NCBI GenBank assembly: GCA_964016885.1
Contig: OZ024745.1
Coordinates: 90,148,001 to 90,212,000, forward strand
Direction of reading: 5' to 3'
From: Eledone cirrhosa
Taxonomy: Eukaryota
DNA length: 64,000 bases
Part shown: in pieces, positions 41,301 through 53,101 of the stretch
Numbering within the stretch: the stretch's first letter is position 1
How the letters are laid out: every line of letters starts with the position of its first letter
Notes under the pieces: generated by a model
Told to the model about the DNA's origin: nothing
Seen by the model: the letters and a program-made list of their open reading frames with translations, nothing else
Database searches by the model: none
Translations under genes and position numbers: made by a program

Positions 41301-41596
41301 CTGAAAATTTGATGAAAAAAAAATTAAAATCAATGAGGGTGAAAGCAATGTAGATAACAACAATAACAACATCATAACTGACAACAATTTATCAGCCGAA
41401 ACACCCCCCTTACCTAAGTGTAGAGTCTGTCACCCTCTGCCCTCTCCCTTTCTTTCTTCCTTTGTTTAGTAGTCCTTGTTCTTCCCCTCTTCTTTTTATT
41501 CTCATTTATCGCATTTATAGTCCTTTACAATACTGCTTTCTTTTTCTGTATGTTTAGCCAAACAAAAAAGTCTTTATTGCAATATATATATATATA

Positions 41597-42018
41597 AGCA
41601 AAAGGGATATTCAATATGTTGGTAATTCAACAAATATAAATGTTTATAACTGATTCAAAGCACTCGACAAGTTTTCTGGAGTATAATATTCAATGATATT
41701 AAATAAATGGAAACTATATTTATAAAACCATATTTATTCTATTATATATATTTCAAGGGTACCAAAACTTTGGTACGCTCTCATCAGATAAAATACAAAG
41801 TTTGTTTTATAAATATTGTCAAAACCAGGAAAGAAGAACTTAACTATCCAGGAAAAACTTGAACCGTTAAATTCTTCTTTCCTGGTTATGTCAATATTTA
41901 TAAAACAAACTTTGTATTTTATCTGATGAGAGCGTACCAAAGTTTTGGTTCCCTTGAAATATATATAATAGAATAAATATGGTTTTATTAATATGGTTTC
42001 CATTTATTTAATATCATT
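41597..42018. repeat. Inverted pair of family A repeats with two intact minimal HHRs (41735-41795 -, 41915-41975 +)
   Basis: TATTTTAT-CTGATGA-GAGCGTACCAAAGTTTTGGTWCCCTT-GAAA-TATATA-TA-ATAGAATA on both arms. Confidence 0.88.
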
Positions 42019-42058
42019 ATCACTGGGTAATTGCTGGCCTTGTGCCTAAAGTAGAAAC

Positions 42059-42121
<63 letters not shown>

Positions 42122-42267
42122 AGAAAAACTACAAACCCTCCATCTGAATTCTACTTTTAAAAAGCATAAGAATGGGAAATCGGTAAAGGAAATAAATAAA
42201 TATTCTTAAAAAGACTTCAATTGCATTTTCGATTTCTTTTCCTTACATACATACACACGCACACACG

Positions 42268-42344
<77 letters not shown>

Positions 42345-42698
42345 GCGCGCGCGTGCGCATACACACATGTATATATTTTATTTACACCGAGCTGAATAAG
42401 GTGAAACAATTGTTCTCGGTAATGGTAAACTAACTGCTCTGGAACTACTTCTATATATATATAAGCCGAAACCGCTTGGCGCCGTGGTCGGGATTTTAAA
42501 TATGTTGATACCAACACTGTATCTCCCCATGGATCGAGTACTTCCATAATTAGTGGTCTCATCGGTCTCAGCACCACAAACCCTCTCTCTCTTTCTCTCT
42601 CTCTCTCGCTATCTATCTACCTATCCCTTTCTATCTCTCTCTCTATATATATATATATTTATATATATATATATATATATATAGTTATATATTGAGAG

Positions 42699-42806
42699 TT
42701 ATTCCGATGATTTGCTTAGGCATACACTGTATTGAATGTTGAGTGACACAACTTCGAGTGATTAGCAACCTTTAGACATCCTAATGAATGAAACAATTGT
42801 TAATAC
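42699..42806 (+). ncRNA. Hammerhead-like motif with ~80-nt stem II (core CCGATGA)
   Basis: TATT-CCGATGA-TTTGCTTAGG...CCTAATGAAT-GAAA-CAATTG-TT-AATA, with AATAAA just downstream. Confidence 0.5.
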
Positions 42807-43009
42807 TACAAATAAAACCCATTTTGTACTGTTGATATATATATATGTATATATATTATAAGAACAGATTAAAGTTTAAGCAAAGAATCACTGACGGGTT
42901 TATATATATTTTATATATATAAAGCCTTATCGAGCCCTCTTCGGATTTTATTCTTCACATTTATTATTTCTATATATATATATATATATTACTATATATA
43001 TATATATAT

Positions 43010-43102
<93 letters not shown>

Positions 43103-43438
43103 CATATATATATATTTAGTTATACTTGGGGAGGGTCATATTTGTGTAATATTGCCAGAATTAATAACAGAACACACTCACTGTTTGGTTGGTTTTCGCT
43201 TCTCGCTGTCTTTTATATCGGTAATCTAACTTACTCGGTCCTCAATGTTGCCATTGACTGACCGACGGTCAAAAGTATGTTATGGTATAATCCGTAGAAT
43301 TTCGTCGAAGTCTGAATATTCTGAGAGGGAAGTAGCAATGGGCCAGGTGGGCGGTAGGCAAAAATACTGAGTAGCCAAAATCCGAATGGTGGTTAGATAT
43401 ATTCAGTCCCATGCCGCTGTTCATTATTACATTTGGAA

Positions 43439-43620
43439 GTGGATTGGCAGTATCGGTAGAGTGTCGGACATGCTTTCCAGCATAGTTACGTCCCTTTACG
43501 ATCTGAGTTCAAATCCCGCCGAGGTTGACTTTGCCTTTCATCCTTACGGGGTCGATAAAATAAAGTACCAGTAATTTACTGGATAATTGCTGGCCTTGTG
43601 CCTAAAGTAGAAACAATTAT
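43439..43620 (+). mobile_element. Full-length main-family SINE with apparent target-site duplication
   Basis: A and B boxes present. ATTATTACATTTGGAAGTG occurs on both sides (~43423 and ~43616). Confidence 0.9.
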
Positions 43621-44050
43621 TACATTTGGAAGTGCTCAACATTTCAGGAGCCTATATTTGACCGGTAGTAGTTGTTAAGATACGGGTCCCTTAGAGTAAA
43701 CATTTTTTCGCGACATTCCTGGCCTGACTGTAATACCGACCTTTCCTCCTCTTTCTTTCTGTCTTTCTTCTTATAGCTGACATTAACTCTGGCTTCTCTT
43801 CTTCTTCCTTCCTCCTTCTTCTCTCTTCTTTCTTTCTTTCTTTTTTCTTGTGGCATGATATTAACGCTAACTTATGTTCCTATCCCTTTCTATTTTCCTT
43901 TATTTGACCGGTAGTAGCACACTGTAAGCTTTAGCCCCGTCACTCGAGGGCGACCGGCAAAGGTAGAAGATGTTGGATGGCGGTCGCCCCCGGGTCTTTG
44001 ATTTTCAGCCCCATGGATTTTATCTGTTACATTCACTTATTATATTTCGA

Positions 44051-44108
44051 ATACCTGATGATATCACCGGATTCATACGGAACCCGGTCATTGAAATGAT
44101 CATAGTAT
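44051..44108 (+). ncRNA. Minimal type I hammerhead ribozyme
   Basis: ATAC-CTGATGA-TATCACCGG...CCGGTCATT-GAAA-TGATCA-TA-GTAT, followed by AATAAA. Confidence 0.75.
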
Positions 44109-44154
44109 AATAAACCTTTCAAGGATTTACACAAATCCAGCCTCCTATCATTTC

Positions 44155-44242
<88 letters not shown>

Positions 44243-44451
44243 GGGAAACTGTGTGAAATCCTTGGTACAGTTAGGTATATTTAAAAAAAGGAAAAGAATA
44301 ACTTCACTTGTAGTTCTAAACAATTCAATTTACAATTTGGTTTGGTAGATCTAGTAAGTTCTTTAACTTCGGGAGGGGAGGGGGGAGATTTTTTAAAGAT
44401 TCCTGGTTAACTTTCCTGGAGAACTTTCTCGCATTCGTTGGTGGCGATTGT

Positions 44452-44596
<145 letters not shown>

Positions 44597-44597
44597 G

Positions 44598-44725
<128 letters not shown>

Positions 44726-44789
44726 AAATCCTAAATCCAGGGCCTCCTCACTCCTATTAGAGGAACCCCTCCCTAGTTGACCTCCACTG

Positions 44790-45172
44790 CTTCCTATCTC
44801 TGGCCATATTTGGCCATGTGGGACCGAGTTATCAGATCAGATCATCACGCCATCTGGTCGTTGGCCACCTTCTGGTACTTCTCCATCCCTTCGTGTCCAC
44901 TCTGTCACTTTAATAGGAAAGAAAGCTGTTTAACCTATATTTTCTGCCGTTGATGACATATGGAAGTGAGACGTAGGCACTGAACACCACACATTGCAGA
45001 GACTCTTGCAGTGGCCCAACGTAAACTAGAGCGAACCATGCTCGGCATTACCTCACATGACAGGAGGAGCAATATCTGGATTCGACAGCAGACTGGCGTG
45101 AAGGACACAATCGTGACTATCAAGAAGGGCAAATATAGAAGGGCTGACCACGTGTCTCGTGTCAGCGACAAC
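44790..45172. mobile_element. RTE-type LINE 3' fragment with internal inversion
   Basis: Plus strand TYGSET...AQRKLERTMLGIT...WIRQQTGV (44920-45172). The downstream continuation (VTEW...RWRDDL) lies on the minus strand at ~44830-44910. Confidence 0.6.
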
Positions 45173-45242
45173 ATAGACAAACAGCAGGCCGACAGAAGAC
45201 ATACAGACAGACAGACAGACAGACTGATATATAGATAAATAA

Positions 45243-45293
<51 letters not shown>

Positions 45294-45916
45294 TGTTTCT
45301 TTTATTTGCCACCAGGGCATCAAAAGTGGGACAAGTACAATGGGGGGAGTTTACAAAACAAGGCGTCCTCAATAAGGAGGAGGCAATAACAATATATAAA
45401 AATAAAATAAAATATAACAAAAAATAAAATTTATAACAAAGTCCTCAATAGAGAGGAGGCGCCTTGGGGGGTAGCACACACCCCCGAAAAAAAGTGTGCA
45501 ACCCTTCTCCTCAGGAGCACAGAGAAGGGGTGCTCCCTTGGTCTTTCATCACCTATAGTCTGATGTAGAGTGAAGGCCCATTCACACGGGCCATTCTCGC
45601 CACTTTCACCCATCTTTCATAAAAACGGCTGGGGTGCAGCATCTCTCTCTCCATCCTGATCCTTCTTCCGAAATGATATCGGAAGAAACGGACCAGTTGT
45701 TGGCCAGAGAGAAAGGTGTCTGACCTCAGTCCTTTCAGACGCGTCCACCATACAACCTCTTTCGCCATGGCTATTACGCACAGAAACACCGCCTCTCCTT
45801 CGTTTTTGAAGAGGGGAGGCGGCTTGATCGTTACAATAGACTCGGTGGTCAACCGGATCGGTCCCACCCTTGACAGCAGTTGTTCGACATAGCCCCACAG
45901 ATCGGCAATGCCCCAC
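45294..45916 (-). mobile_element. 5'-truncated Tx1/L1-clade LINE (copy 1)
   Basis: ORF2 C-terminus (KEVVWWTRLKGL) and 3' UTR similar to the neighbouring element. (GATA)n on both sides. Confidence 0.9.
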
Positions 45917-45996
<80 letters not shown>

Positions 45997-48900
45997 TTCT
46001 TTATTTACCATAAAGGCATAAAAAGAAGGGACAAATACAAAGGGGGTGTTTACATACAATCGAGTAAAAAGGGTATAAAATGAAAATAATCGAAAACAAC
46101 CTCAAAAGGGAGGGGACGTGATGGGGGTTGCACACACCCTCGAAAAAGTGTGCAATCCTTTGCCCGAGGAGCACATGGAGAAGGTGCCCCCCTCTCCTTC
46201 ACTTCTTTACCTACAGGATGGTATACAGAGAAGGCCCATCTACACGAGCCATTCTCGCCACTATCACCCACCTTTCATAAAACTTCCTGTGGCCAAGCAC
46301 CTCTCTCTCCATTCTTATCCTTCTTCCGAAGTGATATCGGAAGAAGTAGACCAGACTATGGCCAGAGAGGAAGTTGCCTGACCTCAGACCTTTCAATCGT
46401 GTCCACCAAACAACCTCTTTCAACATGGCTATTACGCACAGAAAAACCGCCTTTGCTTCCTTTGTGAAGAGGGGAGGCGGTTTGATTGTCATCACGGACT
46501 CGGCGGTCAATTGAATCGGCGCCACGCGCGACGGCAGTCGTTCGGCGTAGCCCCACAGATCAGCCACGCCCGGACATTGCACCAATGCGTGCGCAACGGT
46601 TTCTTCGTGACGCACGCATCTAGGGCAAATCTTTTTCGATGGATCCCTGCCCGGGCGCCCGTGTCTGTAGAGCCTTTCTCGAACGGGTAGAGCCCGCCGG
46701 TAGCACTGCCAGGCTAGTGACTTCTGGAAGTTGTCCATTGGTCCCGGGCCGAAAGTCCTACCGAACAGGGTGGCCAGTTCGTCTTCTTCCATGTCCAGCG
46801 ACTCTCCAAGGGTGTCATCGCCCCTGCTAGCCACCAGCCCTCTATAGAATGATGAGGTGGATTCTCCACCGATGGCCTGGCCCGCTTGCCAGAGAGCCCT
46901 GAGCGCCTGAGCACACTCAGTGTGCCAGTCTCCCAGTTTTCCGGATCTTTGCTTGACCCAAGACTGCAGCTCGGTGAGCGAGACGAGTCTCGGAAAGGCT
47001 CGTTTCACGAACGGAGCCCACACCGGTTTACCAGTGAGGAATACCTGTAGGTGCCGTAGCCTTAATGCGTGCCTACGCATCATCAACCACGGCATCCCCA
47101 GCCCTCCTTTCGAAGGTTGTTGGCAGCAGATGGATCTTCTCACCATAGGAGGGCGCTTCTTCCAAAGAAATTGGAAGAGCATGCGTTCCATGGTGGTGAG
47201 TGTTTCCTTAGGGCAAGGCACAACAGTCAGGCGGTAGTAAGTGACGGACGCTATGTAAATGTTCGCCACCTCCGCCCGGCCTTTTAGGGACAGCTTACAC
47301 TTGGCCCATTTCTGGGTTAGTGCAAACATCTTGTTCGTAACCTCGTCCCAGTTCTTTTCCACCTGGAGGTCCGGTCCAAACCAGACCCCAAGCAACTTTA
47401 CCGGGCCCTCCGTCCAGTGTCCGACGACACCGTCAGGAGGCATCGGTCTGCCTCTCCACGTTCCGAGTTGCAGCCCAATGGATTTTTCCCGGTTCAGTTT
47501 CGCTCCTGACAACCTTTCGTAATCCTCCAGTAAGGTACCGATCGCCTCGATCTCCGAGTCGGTCGATACCATTACTGTTACGTCATCGGCGTAGGCCGAC
47601 ACCGCTTTGCTCAATCCTGGTTCCAGGGGGATACCCTGCAACAACTCCAACTTCCTCAGTAAAGGCTCGAGAGTCAATACGTACAGAAGGGAGGAGAGAG
47701 GGCACCCCTGTCGAATGGAACGTGTGATTTCGAACGGCTTCGAAAGGTAGCCGTTCACCTTGATCCTAGAACAGATGTGGTTGCTATGTAAGGCAGTGAT
47801 CCAGCCTCTGAAAACAGGACCGAACGCAGCCGCCGCTAGCACCGCATCCAGGTAACCATGGTCGACTCTATCGAAGGCCTTAGACTGGTCCAAGTTGATC
47901 AGGGCCCCACCGAAGCCGGGTTTGTTGCCAACCCTCTCTATGATGTATCGCATGAGGTGGAGGTTATCGTGAATGGACCTGGATGGGATAGCACATGTCT
48001 GCGCATCTCCCACCAGGCTACCCACGACAAGCGCCAACCTCTTTGCTAACACCTTGGCCAAAATCTTTAACTCTGTGTTTAGCAGGTTTATGGGCCGAAA
48101 ATTATTTATACTATCCCCCTTGTTCTCGTCCTTCCTCACCAGCGAGACTACGCCCTTGGCTACAGAACAAGGAATTCTCCCGTTCTGCTGCCAATTGCAG
48201 TAGACCGCTTCGAAGAGTTCGGAGAAGAAGACCGGCATTGCTAAATAAAGTTCGTAAGGTATACCATCGAGACCTGGAGATTTGCGTCTGCTGCATTGGC
48301 TCAGCGCATCCCCGATCTCATCAGCCGAGATTGGTCCCTCGCAGGACTCTGCCTCTTCGCTCGAGAGACGCGGCAGGCCGTCGAGGTATGGACCGAAATC
48401 CACGTCCCCGCCCGGACCCTCGCCTACCCCGAATAATCGGGCAAAGTGCCTTTGAAAGGCCTCGCACATCTGCTTAGGCTCCCGGATCACCCGTCCATCC
48501 TCGTCTTACAACGACCGGATGATGGATCGATTTCCACTCTTAGCTTCTGTCACGCGAGCCCAGCCAACCGCTTTGGCCCCCTCATTACCTAGAGCACGTA
48601 TTTTACTTCGAATGACGCAGCCTTCGTGCTTTGCATCGAAAAACTGGTTCAAGGCCCTCCTCGATGCCAGCACTCTGGCCACATCTTCGCTCTTGATTGC
48701 CTCTTCTAATTTACCTGTTAGTTCTTTCTCGTTTCTATTCCTATCGGCAGCTAACATCTTGCTATAACTTATTGATTCTGTTCTAATCTCTCTTTTGAGA
48801 GATGCCCACCATCGGTTGTTGACGATTGCACCCGTCAACCTCTCCTTAACTAATCTGCTAATCCGGTTTCTGTAAGTCTCTTTTGCCGGTAAAGACAAAT

Positions 48901-51840
48901 TAAGTTTCCAGTAACCGGGACCCTCTTTATGTGTTTTCTCGAGATTGACTACGCAGGTCACTAATTTATGATCCGTATAGCCAATCGTGCGCATTTCTGG
49001 GCAGCTTAATATGTCCCTATCCTTACTTCTAACTAAGAATCTATCTAAGTACGATCTAGATTGACCACTGTGGTTCGTCCAAGTCCAGGTAGGCACAGTT
49101 GGAAAATCTAGTCGATATCTATCGACCAAGTTAAAACGGTCGAGTAACCCCTTGAGGCTGTTACACCCCCCCCCCTCTATTAGGACATGCTCCTGCATAG
49201 TCCCAACGTGCATCTAGGATGTCATTCCAATCCCCCGCTAGAAGCAGGGAACGCGACGTTCCCAGAAAAGTCTCCAAACGCTGGAAGAAGTCGGGCCGTT
49301 CAGCTCCGAAAGGGGAGTAGACGGCGACCAGTCTCAGGGCCGCACCTTCACTACTGCAAACGTCTAGCACCAACAAACGACCCTCCGGGTCCGAGTGAAC
49401 AACCTGTACGGCAAGACCCAGGTGTTTTTGTAGCAGTACGACAACCCCACTCCCACCTCCAGGTTGACAGAGAGATGCATGCACCTCAAAGTCATCGAAG
49501 GTAGGGGCCAGCTGCCGCACGACGCTGATCCGAGTCTCACAGATAACCATTACATTTATACCACATGACCTGAGGTCATTTAGAAGCTTTGCTTGCTTCC
49601 AGTTGAGCCCAGGCCACGTGCATTCAAACATCCTACTCTTAACACATCCATGTGGGCGGCAGAGCCAAAGGAGAGTGTAGAGACCTACCTTTCTGCTTCC
49701 CGGGGTTCGGGTCGCACGACTTCCATGGGGTCGGGGGTGTTGGGTGAAGGGATGTCTTGTGGTGGTGTGGGGTCGTCAGTGTGTGGTGGGGTTGGGGTGT
49801 TTGGAGTTGTGTTGGGGAGGGGAAGTGGAGGGGGACAGTTTTTTAGTAGAACGCGGTTTATGGGTTTGACAGAGGGTGGTCCTACGTCCTCCTTAAAATC
49901 CTTTTTTAGTTTTTGGTAGAGGTTCATTGGGATCTTTATTAATTTTAAGTGTTGGTAGTTTTCTGAAGAAACAAAGTTTACACCTTCGGTTTGTACCGAA
50001 GGATTATTGTTTATGAGTTCATTTAATTTATTATTGTTTCTGTTGATGTAAGTATAGTGTAATGTCTTTTTTTCGGATGGTGTGAGTGTTTCGAAGAGGG
50101 GAGGGGCAGGTTTGGTTTTGTTTGTTGCTGGAGGGGTGTTTTGTGTTTTGTTGGATTGTGTTGACATTTGGGTGGGGGTTGTTTGGCCTTGTGTGTTTTG
50201 CACATGTTTTCTTTTTTCCTTTTAATCTGTCTGAAGGACTCCGTTTCTTCCTCCGAATTCGTTGGGTTATCTTCAGTGATGGAGGGAAGAGGTATGTTTG
50301 CTGGTAATGTTTCCGTGTTGGTTTTCTTTGTGGGGGAGATGGATGTCACTATGTTAGACTGTGTTGTGTGTTGTGGCTGCGGTGGTTGTGTTGTTTTATT
50401 GAGTGAGGGGTTGGGTGGGCCTGTATTTTGTTTTGGGGTAATGTGTTGTGACTGTTTGTGTTGTGGTGGTGGTGTAGTTTTACTGAGGGACGGGTTGGGT
50501 GGGACTGAGTTTTGTTGTTTGTTTATCTGTTGTGGTGGTGGTGGTGGAGCTGGTGTTGGTAGCAGGGTTTTCTTTTTGTTGAGTTGGGGACAAGCCGCCT
50601 TCAGGTGCCCTCTGCCTGCACAGATATGACAGGACGGCCTTCTCCCCTCCACGCTAATGTTTATATACCCGTGGCCCTCTAATAGGATTCTGTCGGGTAT
50701 TTGGGCGATGCGTTCAGGCTTCATTTGCACTACAAGTTCTATACCTGTTCCACTGAACGCATTGCCTGTGGTTTTCCCAATGGAAATCACGTTGTCATTC
50801 GCTGGATCGATGAAGCCAGCTATGAGCCAGCAGTAGTCCACATCTGGCATCATTGCATCCAGCCATATGCGTTGAGTTCTTTTACCCATATAAGATGGAT
50901 AAAAGGTAAAATTTTTCGAGCGAATCGGTGACAAAGCACATTTTTTTGCCACCGACTCGTTCTTCATAATAATCGCTAGGCTTCCATACAGTCTGTCCTT
51001 TCTTATGAAAGTGGTTTCATTAAGTACTTCTGTAAGTATTGTTTTGATTTCTGTTTGAGTTGGCTGTTCAGGTTTTTTTGAAATGTTGTTGATGGTGCGG
51101 AAAACGACCGTTCGACTTTCAATGTCTTTGGTGAGTTCTTGAGGCATTTTTACCGATAAAATACCATTCTCTCCTTCAGTTATATATTGTTTGGCGTCTG
51201 CAATTCTTTGTGCCACATCTGAAATATTTTCAGGTATATATGTCAAAGATTTCTTTGTTGTTTGTGCAAATGAAATATTATTGGTGTTGACTTTGTCGTC
51301 TGCTTTGCTTTCTGTTATGATGTTGTTTTCAAATGTAATTTTTGTGTTTGTCGTGTCTTTGTTTGTGGTATTAATATTGTCATGCAACTTTTCAAATTTT
51401 TTTTTTTCGTTGTTGGAATCCATGTCCAGATTTGTGTTTTCGTCATTTTTCTCCGCAGATTCGTCTGTTTTTATTTTATTTTTTCCTTCCTTCTCTATGA
51501 CGTTAGTTGGGAAGGAAGGGGGGACTAAAGCGTGCGAGCCTACAACTCTTACCGCTGTTTCCCCCCCCCCCCCCCCCCCCCCCACCACTATTTTTGTTAG
51601 CTTCGTTTAACATTTCTGTCAGACGATTGAAATTTTTTATGCCACAAAATTTTTAAAAACAGGTTTTTCACCCCTAGGAGGGGTAAAGATGAGCTGACCC
51701 ACCGCCTGACAATTCAGACGTGGGGTCAAGCTACACAATAGTATCAAAATTAAAATTGAACTTACAAAATTTCCGCAATAAATTTGAACAAAACTTCTGC
51801 GCGAAGTGAATTACATCTACGCTGTAGAACAGACGACAGC
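45997..51840 (-). mobile_element. Full-length Tx1/L1-clade LINE (copy 2), few disruptions
   Basis: ORF1 ~49685-51588 with CHICAGRGHLKAAC knuckle. ORF2 ~46211-49650 with APE (ICET, GDWN, YLDR, TDH), RT (FRPINLLN, LDQSKAFDRVDH, RQGCPLS, YADD) and CPRC...HALVQC. Confidence 0.95.
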
Positions 51841-51846
51841 TAGATT

Positions 51847-51952
<106 letters not shown>

Positions 51953-53101
51953 CTTAATGTAATCTACACGTAACTTTTGAGAAAAGCTTCAGGATTTTTC
52001 TATATTTCATTTCAACACTAATTCCATAATATATTTTTCTGTACTATATGCTTTTTCGAAAACTTTCAGCCTCTTTATTTTCATTTTTTCATTATATTTT
52101 TTAATCATTGATAACTTCCTTAAGTATATATTCTGGATATAAATCAAATACCTTTTTCTATCTTCTTATTTCTGTCAAATACTGTGCAGAAAAAGATAAT
52201 CTTGAAATTTCAATAGCAGAATTTTTTCTGGGCTTCTATTTTTTCCTTTTTTTTTCTTCATTTATCTCATCGATAATTTCATACTTCAAAGAAAAGCCCA
52301 CACTTCCTGTTTAGAGGAATATATCTTTTTTATATAGTTTCAAATTTTAATTTATTTATTTCCACGTTTCACTTTATAAATTAATCCTACATCTTTCGAA
52401 TTTTTACAAGAGGCTGAAAAATATATTTTCAATCCACGTCAACAGATGCAATTTTTGCTTTCACTTTTCTTATTACAAATCCTAGTTTCACTTTCTCACC
52501 ACATGTTCACGTGATAAAAGTGCTAAATATAATTCAACCTACCCGCCATCTTTATAAGAGGGAATCTTCTTAGAGTTTCTTCTTTTTATTTTGTGTTTGT
52601 TTTTATTTGTATCTGTCAGATATTTTTATTTTTCCTCATATCTTATTAGCACTTGAAAACCTTTTTTGCATTGAATCTGACCATCTTTATGGTTAAATAT
52701 ATTTATTTCATTATTATACTTCACAAAGATGAATGGTCAGTGGCAGAAATGATAAAGCAGCGGATTAAATACTATACTGTATTAAACTTCATCCTTCTCT
52801 GCTGTGAGTAGAACTCTCACTGGAGTTCACTTCACATTACATTCCTCTTGACTCGATAAAGCTTATTAAGATCGATTCGATTCAAATATACGGTACGTAT
52901 AAGAGGGTGCTGTAATTTGATTGAAGTATTGTGTTAGAGTATAAAGTAGATTGTTAGGGCGATAGATAGATAGATAGATAGACAGACATACAGACGGACA
53001 GTTAGATAAATAGACAGAGAGAGAGGGGGGAGAGAGAGTGATGGATAAATAGAAAGAGAGTAGGGGAGAAAGAGCAAGGGTTGGATGGATAGATAGATAG
53101 A

